From an uncultured Asticcacaulis sp. (GTDB lineage Bacteria; Pseudomonadota; Alphaproteobacteria; Caulobacterales; Caulobacteraceae): a stretch of 64,000 nucleotides of DNA. A program made the position numbers and the translations under genes. Within the stretch, counting starts at the first letter, position 1. The number at the start of each line of letters is the position of its first letter. Where the stretch lies: NCBI GenBank assembly GCA_965650705.1, contig CBFGPQ010000002.1, positions 10,823 through 74,822 of the forward strand, given 5' to 3'. Under the pieces are notes generated by a model. The model ran no database searches and had not been told where the DNA came from. It saw only the letters and a program-made list of their open reading frames with translations. Below, piece by piece: positions 55,946 to 64,000 of this stretch.

Positions 55946-57162
55946 ACAACATCGCGACGTCTCGCTCCGGGCTCGTCTTCGCCCTTTGCTTCCTGGCCGG
56001 TCTGTGCGAAGGCTATGACATGTTAGTTGCGGGCATTACTGCGCCGAAGTTTGCTCCGGTCTTCGGACTCGATCCGCAGAATCTCGGCATGGTCTTCAGC
56101 GCAAGTACCTTTGGACTGTTCGTAGGCGCACTCACTGGGGGCCGGTTGGCGGACTATGTCGGTCGCCGCATTGTGCTAATCGTCTCCCTCATTGCCTTGG
56201 GCATCTTCAGCATCGGGACGGCCTTGGTCAGCGATGTCGCCGCGCTATTATTTATGCGCTTTCTAACCGGGCTCGGCCTCGGCGGCACCCTGCCCAACAT
56301 ACTGGCGCTGACCAACGAAACCAGCCCACCTGATCGAGCTGCTATGCGCGTTACGATGCTGGGGTCTGCCATGCCGTTTGGCGGCGCCATTGTCGGCATC
56401 CTTATGGTCGCCCAGCCCGACATCGACTGGAAGGTTGTCTTCTGGATCGGCGGCCTCGCGCCGTTGATAGTTGCGGGGCTGGTAATGCTTTTCCTCCCCG
56501 AATCGCCGGCTTTCCCGAGCCGGTCAGCTACGCTCGATGCACCAAAAACCAGTATCTCGATGGCTCTTGGTGGCAACCGGTTAAAACTCTCACTGCTGAT
56601 TTGGCTTAGCTCGTTCTGTACCGCGCTGTCGTTGTACATGCTGATAAACTGGCTGCCATCGCTTCTGGGCGACAAAGGCTTTGATAAGCCGGATGCTGGC
56701 AAGGTCGTCATGTTCATGACGTTCGGCGGGGCAGCGTCGGGCTTCGTCTTTGGCATGCTGAGTCGTGCCAAGTCTAAAGGCCTGCTCTATGCCGGGACAT
56801 GGCTCGGCATGGTGTTGAGCGTCGCCGGCATGGCACTGACCGGCAACAACCTACTCGTCGGGTGCGCCGCTTCTTTCGGCATCGGCTTCTTCCTTAGCGG
56901 CGGTCAATTCCTGCTCTACGCCCTGTCAACAGAGCTTTACCCGGCGCAGGTGCGAGGCACTGGCGTAGGCTTTGCTGTCGGCATCGGACGGCTGGGTGCC
57001 GTTGCAGGACCATTACTGGCTGGCGCTTTGCTGGGGCTCCAGCAACAGGCAGACACTGTCATACTTGCCGTTGTGCCGCTTATCGTTATTAGCCTAGCCG
57101 CTGCTTGGCCGCTTATCTCGCGAACCCATGGCGTAGTGGTTACAATAGATGCAAAGGCTTGA
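55942..57162 (+). CDS. MFS aromatic-acid:H+ symporter (MhpT-like)
   Basis: EGYD, GRLADYVGRR, RFLTGLGLGG, ELYP..VRGTGVG, GRLGA. Confidence 0.85.
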   Translation: MNNIATSRSGLVFALCFLAGLCEGYDMLVAGITAPKFAPVFGLDPQNLGMVFSASTFGLFVGALTGGRLADYVGRRIVLIVSLIALGIFSIGTALVSDVAALLFMRFLTGLGLGGTLPNILALTNETSPPDRAAMRVTMLGSAMPFGGAIVGILMVAQPDIDWKVVFWIGGLAPLIVAGLVMLFLPESPAFPSRSATLDAPKTSISMALGGNRLKLSLLIWLSSFCTALSLYMLINWLPSLLGDKGFDKPDAGKVVMFMTFGGAASGFVFGMLSRAKSKGLLYAGTWLGMVLSVAGMALTGNNLLVGCAASFGIGFFLSGGQFLLYALSTELYPAQVRGTGVGFAVGIGRLGAVAGPLLAGALLGLQQQADTVILAVVPLIVISLAAAWPLISRTHGVVVTIDAKA

Positions 57163-57243
57163 GACGAGGTAATGCCGTGGCAATCGGTGAGACAATTGTC
57201 CTGATCGACAGTTAGCAGCCTTTTAGAAGCAAGATAGTTCCTT

Positions 57244-58845
57244 ATGACATCGCCACGCAGCATTCTGATCGCCGGTGGCGGCACGGCGGGCTGGCTGACG
57301 GCGTGTTATCTCGCCAAGGTGCTCGGCAGCACGCCGGGACAAACCCCGCAGATCACTCTGATCGAAAGCCCCGAAATCGGCGTCATCGGCGTCGGTGAAG
57401 GCACCTTTCCGACCATCCGCACCACGCTCCAGACGCTCGGCATCGACGAAGCCACATTCCTGCGCGAGACTACGGCGACCTACAAGCAAGGCATCAAGTT
57501 CGTCGACTGGCTGTACACACCCGAAGGCGGCGAACACCAGCACTATCTCCATCCGTTCGATGCGCCCTACTGGGTCGAAGGCGCGGGCCTCCTGCCCTAC
57601 TGGCTGCTCCAGGACAAGGCGACGCGCGCGCCGTTCGCCGAAGCCGTTACCTTCCAGCCACGCGTCGCCGACGCCGACAAGGCGCCCAAGCGTCCCTATG
57701 AAGGCAACTTTTCCGGTCCGCTCAACTTCGCCTATCACTTCGATGCTGTGAAGTTCGCCAAACTGCTGGAGCATCGCGGCATCGAGCTGGGCGTACACCA
57801 CCTACGCGGCACGATCGGTGAGGTCACCCTAAGCGATGATGGCGCGATCGATAGCGTCCATTCGCCAGAACACGGCGCGCTGAAGGCCGACCTCTATATC
57901 GACTGTACCGGCTTTGCCGCCCGCCTGATCGGCCAGACCATGGGCGTCCAGCAGACCTCCGTGCGGAAGTATCTCTTCACCGACCGCGCCGTCACCTGCC
58001 AGGTTCCATACGAAGCGCCCAAGAGCCCGATCCATTCCTATACGGTCGCCACCGCCCATGAGGCCGGCTGGACCTGGGACATCGGCCTCGCTGAGCGGCG
58101 CGGCGTCGGCTATGTCTATAGCTCCGGTCACACGGACGACGCCCGCAGCGAAGAGGTCGTCCGCGCCTATGCCGGCCCGATGGCCAGGGACGTCAAGACG
58201 CGCGTCATCCGGTTCGATCCGGGGTATCGTGAGACTCAATGGGTGAAGAACTGCGTCGCCGTTGGCCTGTCGGCGGGCTTCTTCGAGCCTTTGGAAGCAA
58301 CCGGCATCATCATGATCGAGGTCGCCGCCGGCATGATCGCGGAATTCTTTCCGTATTCCGGCCGCATCGATGCCTCAGCGCCCCTGTTCAACCGGCTGAT
58401 GCGCCAGCGCTGCGAGAAGATTGTCAACTTCCTGAAGCTGCACTACTGCTTGACGCGGCGTAATGAGCCCTTCTGGCGCGACAACCGCGCGGAAGAGACC
58501 ATCCCTGCCGAGCTGCGCCAGATGCTTGAGATGTGGACGCACCGGCCGCCGTCGCGCTTCGATTTTCTTACCGACGTCGAAACCTTCCCCTATTTCAGCT
58601 ATCAGTACATACTCTATGGCATGAACTTCGATACCGACCTTGAAGCGGCGCGCGGCAGCTATCCCAATGCCGAGGCGGCCCAGAAGATTTTCGACAAGGT
58701 TCGCACCTTCGGTGAGCACGCCGTCAAGGACCTGCCGACCCACCGTGAGCTGATCGAACAGGTCTATCGCAATGGCTTTATCGACCGCCAGGCTGACAAA
58801 CGCAGGTCGTCCGTCCTGACGCGGGACAGTGACGCAAGAGTATAG
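57244..58845 (+). CDS. Flavin-dependent (tryptophan) halogenase family protein
   Basis: GGGTAG, GVGEGT, ATYKQGI (catalytic Lys position), AYHFDA, WTWDI (WxWxI), FEPLEATG. Confidence 0.9.
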   Translation: MTSPRSILIAGGGTAGWLTACYLAKVLGSTPGQTPQITLIESPEIGVIGVGEGTFPTIRTTLQTLGIDEATFLRETTATYKQGIKFVDWLYTPEGGEHQHYLHPFDAPYWVEGAGLLPYWLLQDKATRAPFAEAVTFQPRVADADKAPKRPYEGNFSGPLNFAYHFDAVKFAKLLEHRGIELGVHHLRGTIGEVTLSDDGAIDSVHSPEHGALKADLYIDCTGFAARLIGQTMGVQQTSVRKYLFTDRAVTCQVPYEAPKSPIHSYTVATAHEAGWTWDIGLAERRGVGYVYSSGHTDDARSEEVVRAYAGPMARDVKTRVIRFDPGYRETQWVKNCVAVGLSAGFFEPLEATGIIMIEVAAGMIAEFFPYSGRIDASAPLFNRLMRQRCEKIVNFLKLHYCLTRRNEPFWRDNRAEETIPAELRQMLEMWTHRPPSRFDFLTDVETFPYFSYQYILYGMNFDTDLEAARGSYPNAEAAQKIFDKVRTFGEHAVKDLPTHRELIEQVYRNGFIDRQADKRRSSVLTRDSDARV

Positions 58846-59177
58846 ATTATCCAGTTTCGTAGACAAAACCCGGGTATGTTGGTACCTGGGTCGCACGTTC
58901 CTAGATTTTTCCCTAGGACGTCCGCTTTGGGGACGGACAGTGCTACCGTAGCTCACTCGGTTCTATTTCCGCTAATGGCGCGGTGGCTTGGTTGTTGAGG
59001 TTTCCTCAGCCATGAGGCTACTCGTAGCCTCAACGCGCCGCGGCCGTAAAAGCCTAGCTTCGAGGCCTTGAGCTCAACTCGGGGGCAGTGCCAGTGTAGT
59101 CGCGCACCGCTTTGCCACGTTCTTGGTTTTGCGTATCGACCACTGCGCGTAACGAGGCATGCTCGAAACTAACTGGT

Positions 59178-60026
59178 CTACCGATTGGCAATCAGAGACT
59201 GGATTAGCCGCTGGGACTTTCCGCCGACTTGTCGGGACTGTCTACACAAGGCGAGGTTCAGACCGCGGATATGGAGATCGGTAATCTGATCACTTGTCCG
59301 TTCGCCAGTCGCCGGCATGGCAGACACGGCCACATCTGATGCAAGTGGAAGCCATAACTCTACACCTTCGGCGCCAAGTCTCGTGTGACCGGGCGGGTGA
59401 AGTTTGACGACAGGGTGACTGGAAATGACAAACGCTTTATTTGGTCTTGGAATATGAGCGATGAATATGCCCATGTCGTTCACCAACGCTTCCACGTTGC
59501 CAGCTGTTTCGACAGCATTTCGCGCGCGAGCTCCCCTCAACATGCGCTCTATGCTGCTATTCGATAAGACATCCGCTTTCATCGCCTGATCAACTTTTAC
59601 ACCGAGACGTTCAAGAGCGGCCACGTCTTCTGTAACCCATTCCCTGACGTCGTCTAGACTGAACCGGCCGGTCATGGAATCGGGCGTGCGTTTCCACTGG
59701 CTGAACACAAATTTCGACCACGTTCGCTTTTCAGATGGGGCCAGACCGGGCATCCGCCCTTTTCGAGCTGACTTGCAAATTTTGTCTATAACCAGCGCTG
59801 CGGCCTTTTCCAGGCGCGACAGATCTGCCTCAACTTGGAAATCTGTTTCACCGTTCGCGAGGGGGACGGCGTAATAGTCATCTGAAAAAAAGACAGAACG
59901 AGGATGTCGCTTTACGGCCCTAAAGTTTGAGCGGCTTTTGTCGAAGTACCAGAGTGTTCCGTCATCATCGCAGAAGTTTTTCAACAACATCTGCGGGACG
60001 AAATGATGCCGTGCAGGCTTGCTCAT
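59178..60026 (-). CDS. DUF4238-family protein
   Basis: N-terminal HHFVPQ.LL.NF, RTP, FVISSHPV, LPL motifs. Confidence 0.72.
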   Translation of the reverse strand: MSKPARHHFVPQMLLKNFCDDDGTLWYFDKSRSNFRAVKRHPRSVFFSDDYYAVPLANGETDFQVEADLSRLEKAAALVIDKICKSARKGRMPGLAPSEKRTWSKFVFSQWKRTPDSMTGRFSLDDVREWVTEDVAALERLGVKVDQAMKADVLSNSSIERMLRGARARNAVETAGNVEALVNDMGIFIAHIPRPNKAFVISSHPVVKLHPPGHTRLGAEGVELWLPLASDVAVSAMPATGERTSDQITDLHIRGLNLALCRQSRQVGGKSQRLIQSLIANR

Positions 60027-60380
60027 TAGCCATGGATCTCCTCTTACGAGGAGGGTATCATGTCCGCAGCGGTCTGAAAAAGGCTCTTATTTCCTTTGCC
60101 ACCGTGCGTCGCGCTTAGTAGCGTTGATAGGGCCGGGAGGGCAGAGTTTTGAAGGTACCGCCGAATGCTGCATGCTGCCTTCTCGTAGGTTGCCATGTCC
60201 GCTTAAGGGAAGAGAAGTCCATATTGTAAGCAATACCGTTCCATTTCTGCTTCTGGCGCGATCGGGTCAGTGCTCCAGCAAGTGCATGTGCAAAAAAATA
60301 TACGATACCGTTTACTTAATGTTTGCCTGGACGTAGTTTGCTTGGAGGTGCGGCCCTATGCCGCGCGACGCGGGGCAAAC

Positions 60381-61793
60381 ATGAAACGAATCTTTCTCAC
60401 TGGCGCGTCCGGCAACATGGGAAGCGAAGCTTTAAAGTGTATCCTGGCCGCGCACCCGGATGCGAAGGTAACGATCTTGGTGCTTCCGAACGAGAAGACA
60501 CATCCCAATATTCGCCGCTGGCTCCAGCATCCAAACGTCAAAATCGTTTGGGGAGACCTGACGAAATACGAGGATGTTCTTACCGGAGTAGAGAGCGCCA
60601 GCATCGTGTTGCACGTCGGCGGCATGGTCTCGCCGCTGGCCGATCGGCTGCCGGAACTAACCCGAAAGGTGAACGTGGGGGGAGCCGAAAATGTCGTCCG
60701 CGCGATAAAAGCGCAACCAGAGCCCGACGCTGTAAAGCTGGTGTACATCGGGACCGTCGCCCAGACGGGAAGTCGCATGCCGCCAGTCCATTGGGGTCGA
60801 ACCGGGGATCCAGTGAAGATCAGCTGGTTCGACAACTACGCTGTGACCAAAACGCAAGCCGAAGCGATCATAGCTGAATCCGGGCTGCGCCAGTGGGTGT
60901 CTTTGCGTCAGACTGGGATGGCCCATATCCATATGTGGAAAATCTTCGACCCCTTTATGTTCCACAATCCGATCAATGGAGTGTTTGAATGGTCGACCGC
61001 AAAGGACTCCGGCCGCCTTATGGCAAACCTTTGCGCTGACACCGTCCCCGATGAACTTTGGCGGGGTTTCTACAACATCGGTGGCGGGGACAGTCGCCGA
61101 GTGATCAACCACGAGTTCATGACAAAGACCTTCAAGGCAATGGGGATCAAAGAGTTCCGGAAGGTATTAAAGCCACGTTGGTTTGCTACGCGCAATTTCC
61201 ACGGCCAATGGTACAATGACAGCGACAAGTTAAATGCCCTTGTTCCCTATCGGTCTCAGAGTATAGATGATTACATTTCCGAGTTGGCGAAGGCGGTACC
61301 TTGGTATGTCAAGGCCGTCGGTGCGTTGAAACCCAGCATGATCAGCAAGCGCATTGAGGCGTTGAGCCACGCTTCCGGTGGATCGATGCATTGGATCGAG
61401 ACTATAGACAAGGCCCATATCGATGCCTATTTCGGCTCGATCGATGCGTGGCACAGCATCCCGGAATCTTGGGATCGCTTTGAGTTCGCGAATCCGTCAA
61501 CGACACCGACCGAATTGGATCACGGCTATGATGAAAGCATACCGCCGGAAGACTGGTCTCTGCCGGCGCTTCGGGAAGCCGCGCGATTCAGGGGTGGTGC
61601 TTGTCTGTCGATCGAAATGACCAGTGCCTACGCGCCCATGCATTGGCAATGTGCGTTAGGTCATGACTTCCTGATGTCACCGAACCTCATGCTTAAGGGG
61701 GGACACTGGTGCCCGACCTGCATGATTGATCCCGCCTCCTACCTCGCGGTTGCGAGGAAAAGTCCGTTCTTTAACCAGGTCTTCGACGCATAA
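60381..61793 (+). CDS. NAD-dependent epimerase/dehydratase with C-terminal Zn ribbon
   Basis: TGASGNMG, YAVTK (YxxxK), C-terminal WQC..GH.F......GGHWCPTC. Confidence 0.82.
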   Translation: MKRIFLTGASGNMGSEALKCILAAHPDAKVTILVLPNEKTHPNIRRWLQHPNVKIVWGDLTKYEDVLTGVESASIVLHVGGMVSPLADRLPELTRKVNVGGAENVVRAIKAQPEPDAVKLVYIGTVAQTGSRMPPVHWGRTGDPVKISWFDNYAVTKTQAEAIIAESGLRQWVSLRQTGMAHIHMWKIFDPFMFHNPINGVFEWSTAKDSGRLMANLCADTVPDELWRGFYNIGGGDSRRVINHEFMTKTFKAMGIKEFRKVLKPRWFATRNFHGQWYNDSDKLNALVPYRSQSIDDYISELAKAVPWYVKAVGALKPSMISKRIEALSHASGGSMHWIETIDKAHIDAYFGSIDAWHSIPESWDRFEFANPSTTPTELDHGYDESIPPEDWSLPALREAARFRGGACLSIEMTSAYAPMHWQCALGHDFLMSPNLMLKGGHWCPTCMIDPASYLAVARKSPFFNQVFDA

Positions 61794-61843
61794 GAAATGC
61801 CGGTAGCCACTGGCTGCCGGCACCCTGTCATCGTACCGATCGG

Positions 61844-63076
61844 TCAGTTCCGAACTGAACCGGCGACACGCGAGCCCCACATCCCATACAAGGCAACAAA
61901 TGCGAAGCAGATTGCCGGAAGAATAAACGCGTTGTGCGTTCCATAATGTTCGGCGATGTATCCCATCGGATAGGGAAGGAGAACACCGCCACCAATTGCC
62001 ATGACCATGATGGACGAGGCCCGTTTCGTCGAAGCACCGAGATCCTTGAGGCCGAGCGTAAAGATCGTGGCGAACATGGCCGACATGAAGAAGAAGATGG
62101 CAACCAGGGCATAGGCTGAAATCTTCTCAATCCCCATGATGACCACGCCGGAGAGGACGACATTGACAAGGCCGTACGTGGTCAACAGGGCCCGCGGTGA
62201 AATCTTGAGGAGCAGGGCCGTGGAAACAAAACGTCCTACGAGATAGCCGACGGTCGCGATAGAGAGCAGGAAGGCGCCCTGTTGTGACGTCAATCCGGGC
62301 CAAACTTCCGTCGCGGCGTTGATGAAGTAGGCCCCGATGCCCACCTGGGCGCCAATATAGAGAGCCTGTGTAAATACCCCGAATACGAAATGACCTTGCT
62401 TCCACAGTGACTTTTTCGGTCCGGCATCGCCAAGGGGCGTCTCTTCTGCGTGATCATGACCTTCCGGCAGGCGCGTGCGGGTCAATACAAACGCGTAGAG
62501 AAGCACCGCGGCCCCGATAATAGCGTAAGTGAGCTGAACGGCTCCTTGAGATTCTGCACCGGTTGCCGGGCCGAAGAAAACGAGACCACCTATCAACGGC
62601 CCGAAAAAGACACCGAGAGCGTTGAAGGATTGCGCCAGGTTGAGGCGCCGCGTCGAATGCTCAGGGTTGCCAAGCACATGCACGTAGGTATCTGCGGATG
62701 TTTCGAGAAAGCAAAGCCCGGTGGCGAGTACGAACATGCAGCCGACAAAAACGTAGAAGTTTCCAATGAAGGCTGCCGGAATGAACAATAGCGCGCCGAC
62801 AGCCGTAATGGTCAGCCCGGTGACGATCCCGAACTTATATCCTTTCGCATTCATGACCGACCCGGCAGGAAGGCTCATCAGCAGATATGCGCCGAAGTAT
62901 GCGATCTGAAGCCAGGAGGATTCAGCCGTGCCGACATTCATGGTTTCCTGAAAGTGTTTATTCAGGACGTCGAGAAGGCCGTAGGCCAGGCCCCAGATGA
63001 AGAAGCAGCTTATGGCGAAGGCCAAAGCTGTTTTATTGCCGACTGCTTTTACAGCCGTTTTTGCCGCGGTACTCAT
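61844..63076 (-). CDS. FucP-family sugar:H+ symporter
   Basis: FFIWG, QIAYFGAY, LETSADTY, RLNLAQSFN.LG, YIGAQV, MAIGGG. Confidence 0.88.
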   Translation of the reverse strand: MSTAAKTAVKAVGNKTALAFAISCFFIWGLAYGLLDVLNKHFQETMNVGTAESSWLQIAYFGAYLLMSLPAGSVMNAKGYKFGIVTGLTITAVGALLFIPAAFIGNFYVFVGCMFVLATGLCFLETSADTYVHVLGNPEHSTRRLNLAQSFNALGVFFGPLIGGLVFFGPATGAESQGAVQLTYAIIGAAVLLYAFVLTRTRLPEGHDHAEETPLGDAGPKKSLWKQGHFVFGVFTQALYIGAQVGIGAYFINAATEVWPGLTSQQGAFLLSIATVGYLVGRFVSTALLLKISPRALLTTYGLVNVVLSGVVIMGIEKISAYALVAIFFFMSAMFATIFTLGLKDLGASTKRASSIMVMAIGGGVLLPYPMGYIAEHYGTHNAFILPAICFAFVALYGMWGSRVAGSVRN

Positions 63077-63102
63077 ATGACATCCCTGTTTTGCATTGTT
63101 TT

Positions 63103-63999
63103 TCAGAATCTGTAGATCCGCTCTGCATTTGAACGGAACATTTTGACCCGGTCGGCCTGTGAGAACCCGGCTGTTGCCTGATCAAAAGCAGCGAAATGGC
63201 GGGCGTAGGCCCCGTGCACACGATCGACGGGAAAATTGCTCGCGAACATCACGCGATCAGGGCCGAAGGCATCGATCAAATGGAGCACGAAATGTCTGAT
63301 GCTTTCGGCCGACCAATTTGGGTCCACGCCCCCGAAGCCGGATATTTTGATCGATACGTTCTTGCACTTCGCCAGCGCCTTGGTGCCGCGTTCCCAAACC
63401 CTGATACCCGGCTGATCCCGATCCGTCGGCATGCCTGCGTGGTTCACGATGATCTCAGTGGCTGGATGGCGTTCCGCTAATCTCGCCGCCCTTTCCATCT
63501 GACGGGGATAGAGCTGCAGGTCGAAGTTCAGGCCATATTTCTGCAGGAGGCCAAACCCTTTGTGCCATTTGGTGCTATCAAGCAGATTGCGCGGTGTGTA
63601 GGTTTTCTTCGGATCTTTGTGCCAGTTGATGATCTGCCGAACGCCACGCACGTTCTTTCTGTCGGCGTGGGCGGCTAGCAGCCATTCAACGCGCGGATGC
63701 TCCAAGGTGGCGCCAGCTACGATGGCCATCGGGATGACACCGGAATCCGCCAGGCCCTGCAGCCAGTCGGTCTCAATCAGACGGTCACCATCAGGAAGCC
63801 CGCATTCGATATGCACGATTTTCGAAACTTTCACCGGTTTCGCATCGGCAAGGAAATCTGAAAGCGAATACGATTTGTAGGCGATACCGGACGTATCGCC
63901 GGCGGGATTATGCGGAAGTGGCACATCCTGGAGCCAGCTGTAGTAAAGGCGCGTCAGGTCCCAAAGATGCATATGAGTGTCAACGATGCCTATCTCTTC
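63103..63999 (-). CDS. Amidohydrolase (sugar lactonase-like), 5'-truncated by window edge
   Basis: IVDTHMHLW, VNHAGMP, KISG, MFASNFPVD, NAERIY; frame open to the window end. Confidence 0.85.
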   Translation of the reverse strand, partial: EEIGIVDTHMHLWDLTRLYYSWLQDVPLPHNPAGDTSGIAYKSYSLSDFLADAKPVKVSKIVHIECGLPDGDRLIETDWLQGLADSGVIPMAIVAGATLEHPRVEWLLAAHADRKNVRGVRQIINWHKDPKKTYTPRNLLDSTKWHKGFGLLQKYGLNFDLQLYPRQMERAARLAERHPATEIIVNHAGMPTDRDQPGIRVWERGTKALAKCKNVSIKISGFGGVDPNWSAESIRHFVLHLIDAFGPDRVMFASNFPVDRVHGAYARHFAAFDQATAGFSQADRVKMFRSNAERIYRF

Positions 64000-64000
64000 A

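Overview
GC-rich alphaproteobacterial (Caulobacterales/Sphingomonadales-like; inferred from gene content) conjugative replicon with cargo. 1-5.3 kb: bacteriophytochrome, response regulator and hybrid kinase. 5.4-6.0 kb: chimeric IS remnant. 6.1-39.7 kb: plasmid backbone with a VirD2-like relaxase, MobC, an RP4-type oriT, and a leading region (KorB/IncC-like pair, ssb, an inserted htpG, DUF2493/SLOG protein, toprim protein, methylase-strawberry-notch helicase, ParB-like protein; two of these genes sit behind long ssDNA hairpins). Then a second ParA/RHH pair, an oriV (DnaA box plus 17 copies of an 18-bp palindromic repeat, most inside the rep ORF at 29-bp period) and a rearranged virB1-11/virD4 operon bracketed by two paralogous small genes. 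40-49.4 kb: an ECF sigma/cupin anti-sigma island (DUF4331, DUF4198, HupE/UreJ, TonB receptor, beta-barrel) with a shared CATC-N17-CGTA promoter motif. 49.5-52.2 kb: MocR, Rrf2 and CMD genes. 52.7-58.8 kb: TonB receptor, reductive-dehalogenase-like Fe-S protein, aromatic MFS and flavin-dependent halogenase. 59-64 kb: DUF4238, an SDR with a Zn ribbon, a FucP-like transporter and a partial amidohydrolase. All family calls come from motif recognition by eye; no searches were run.
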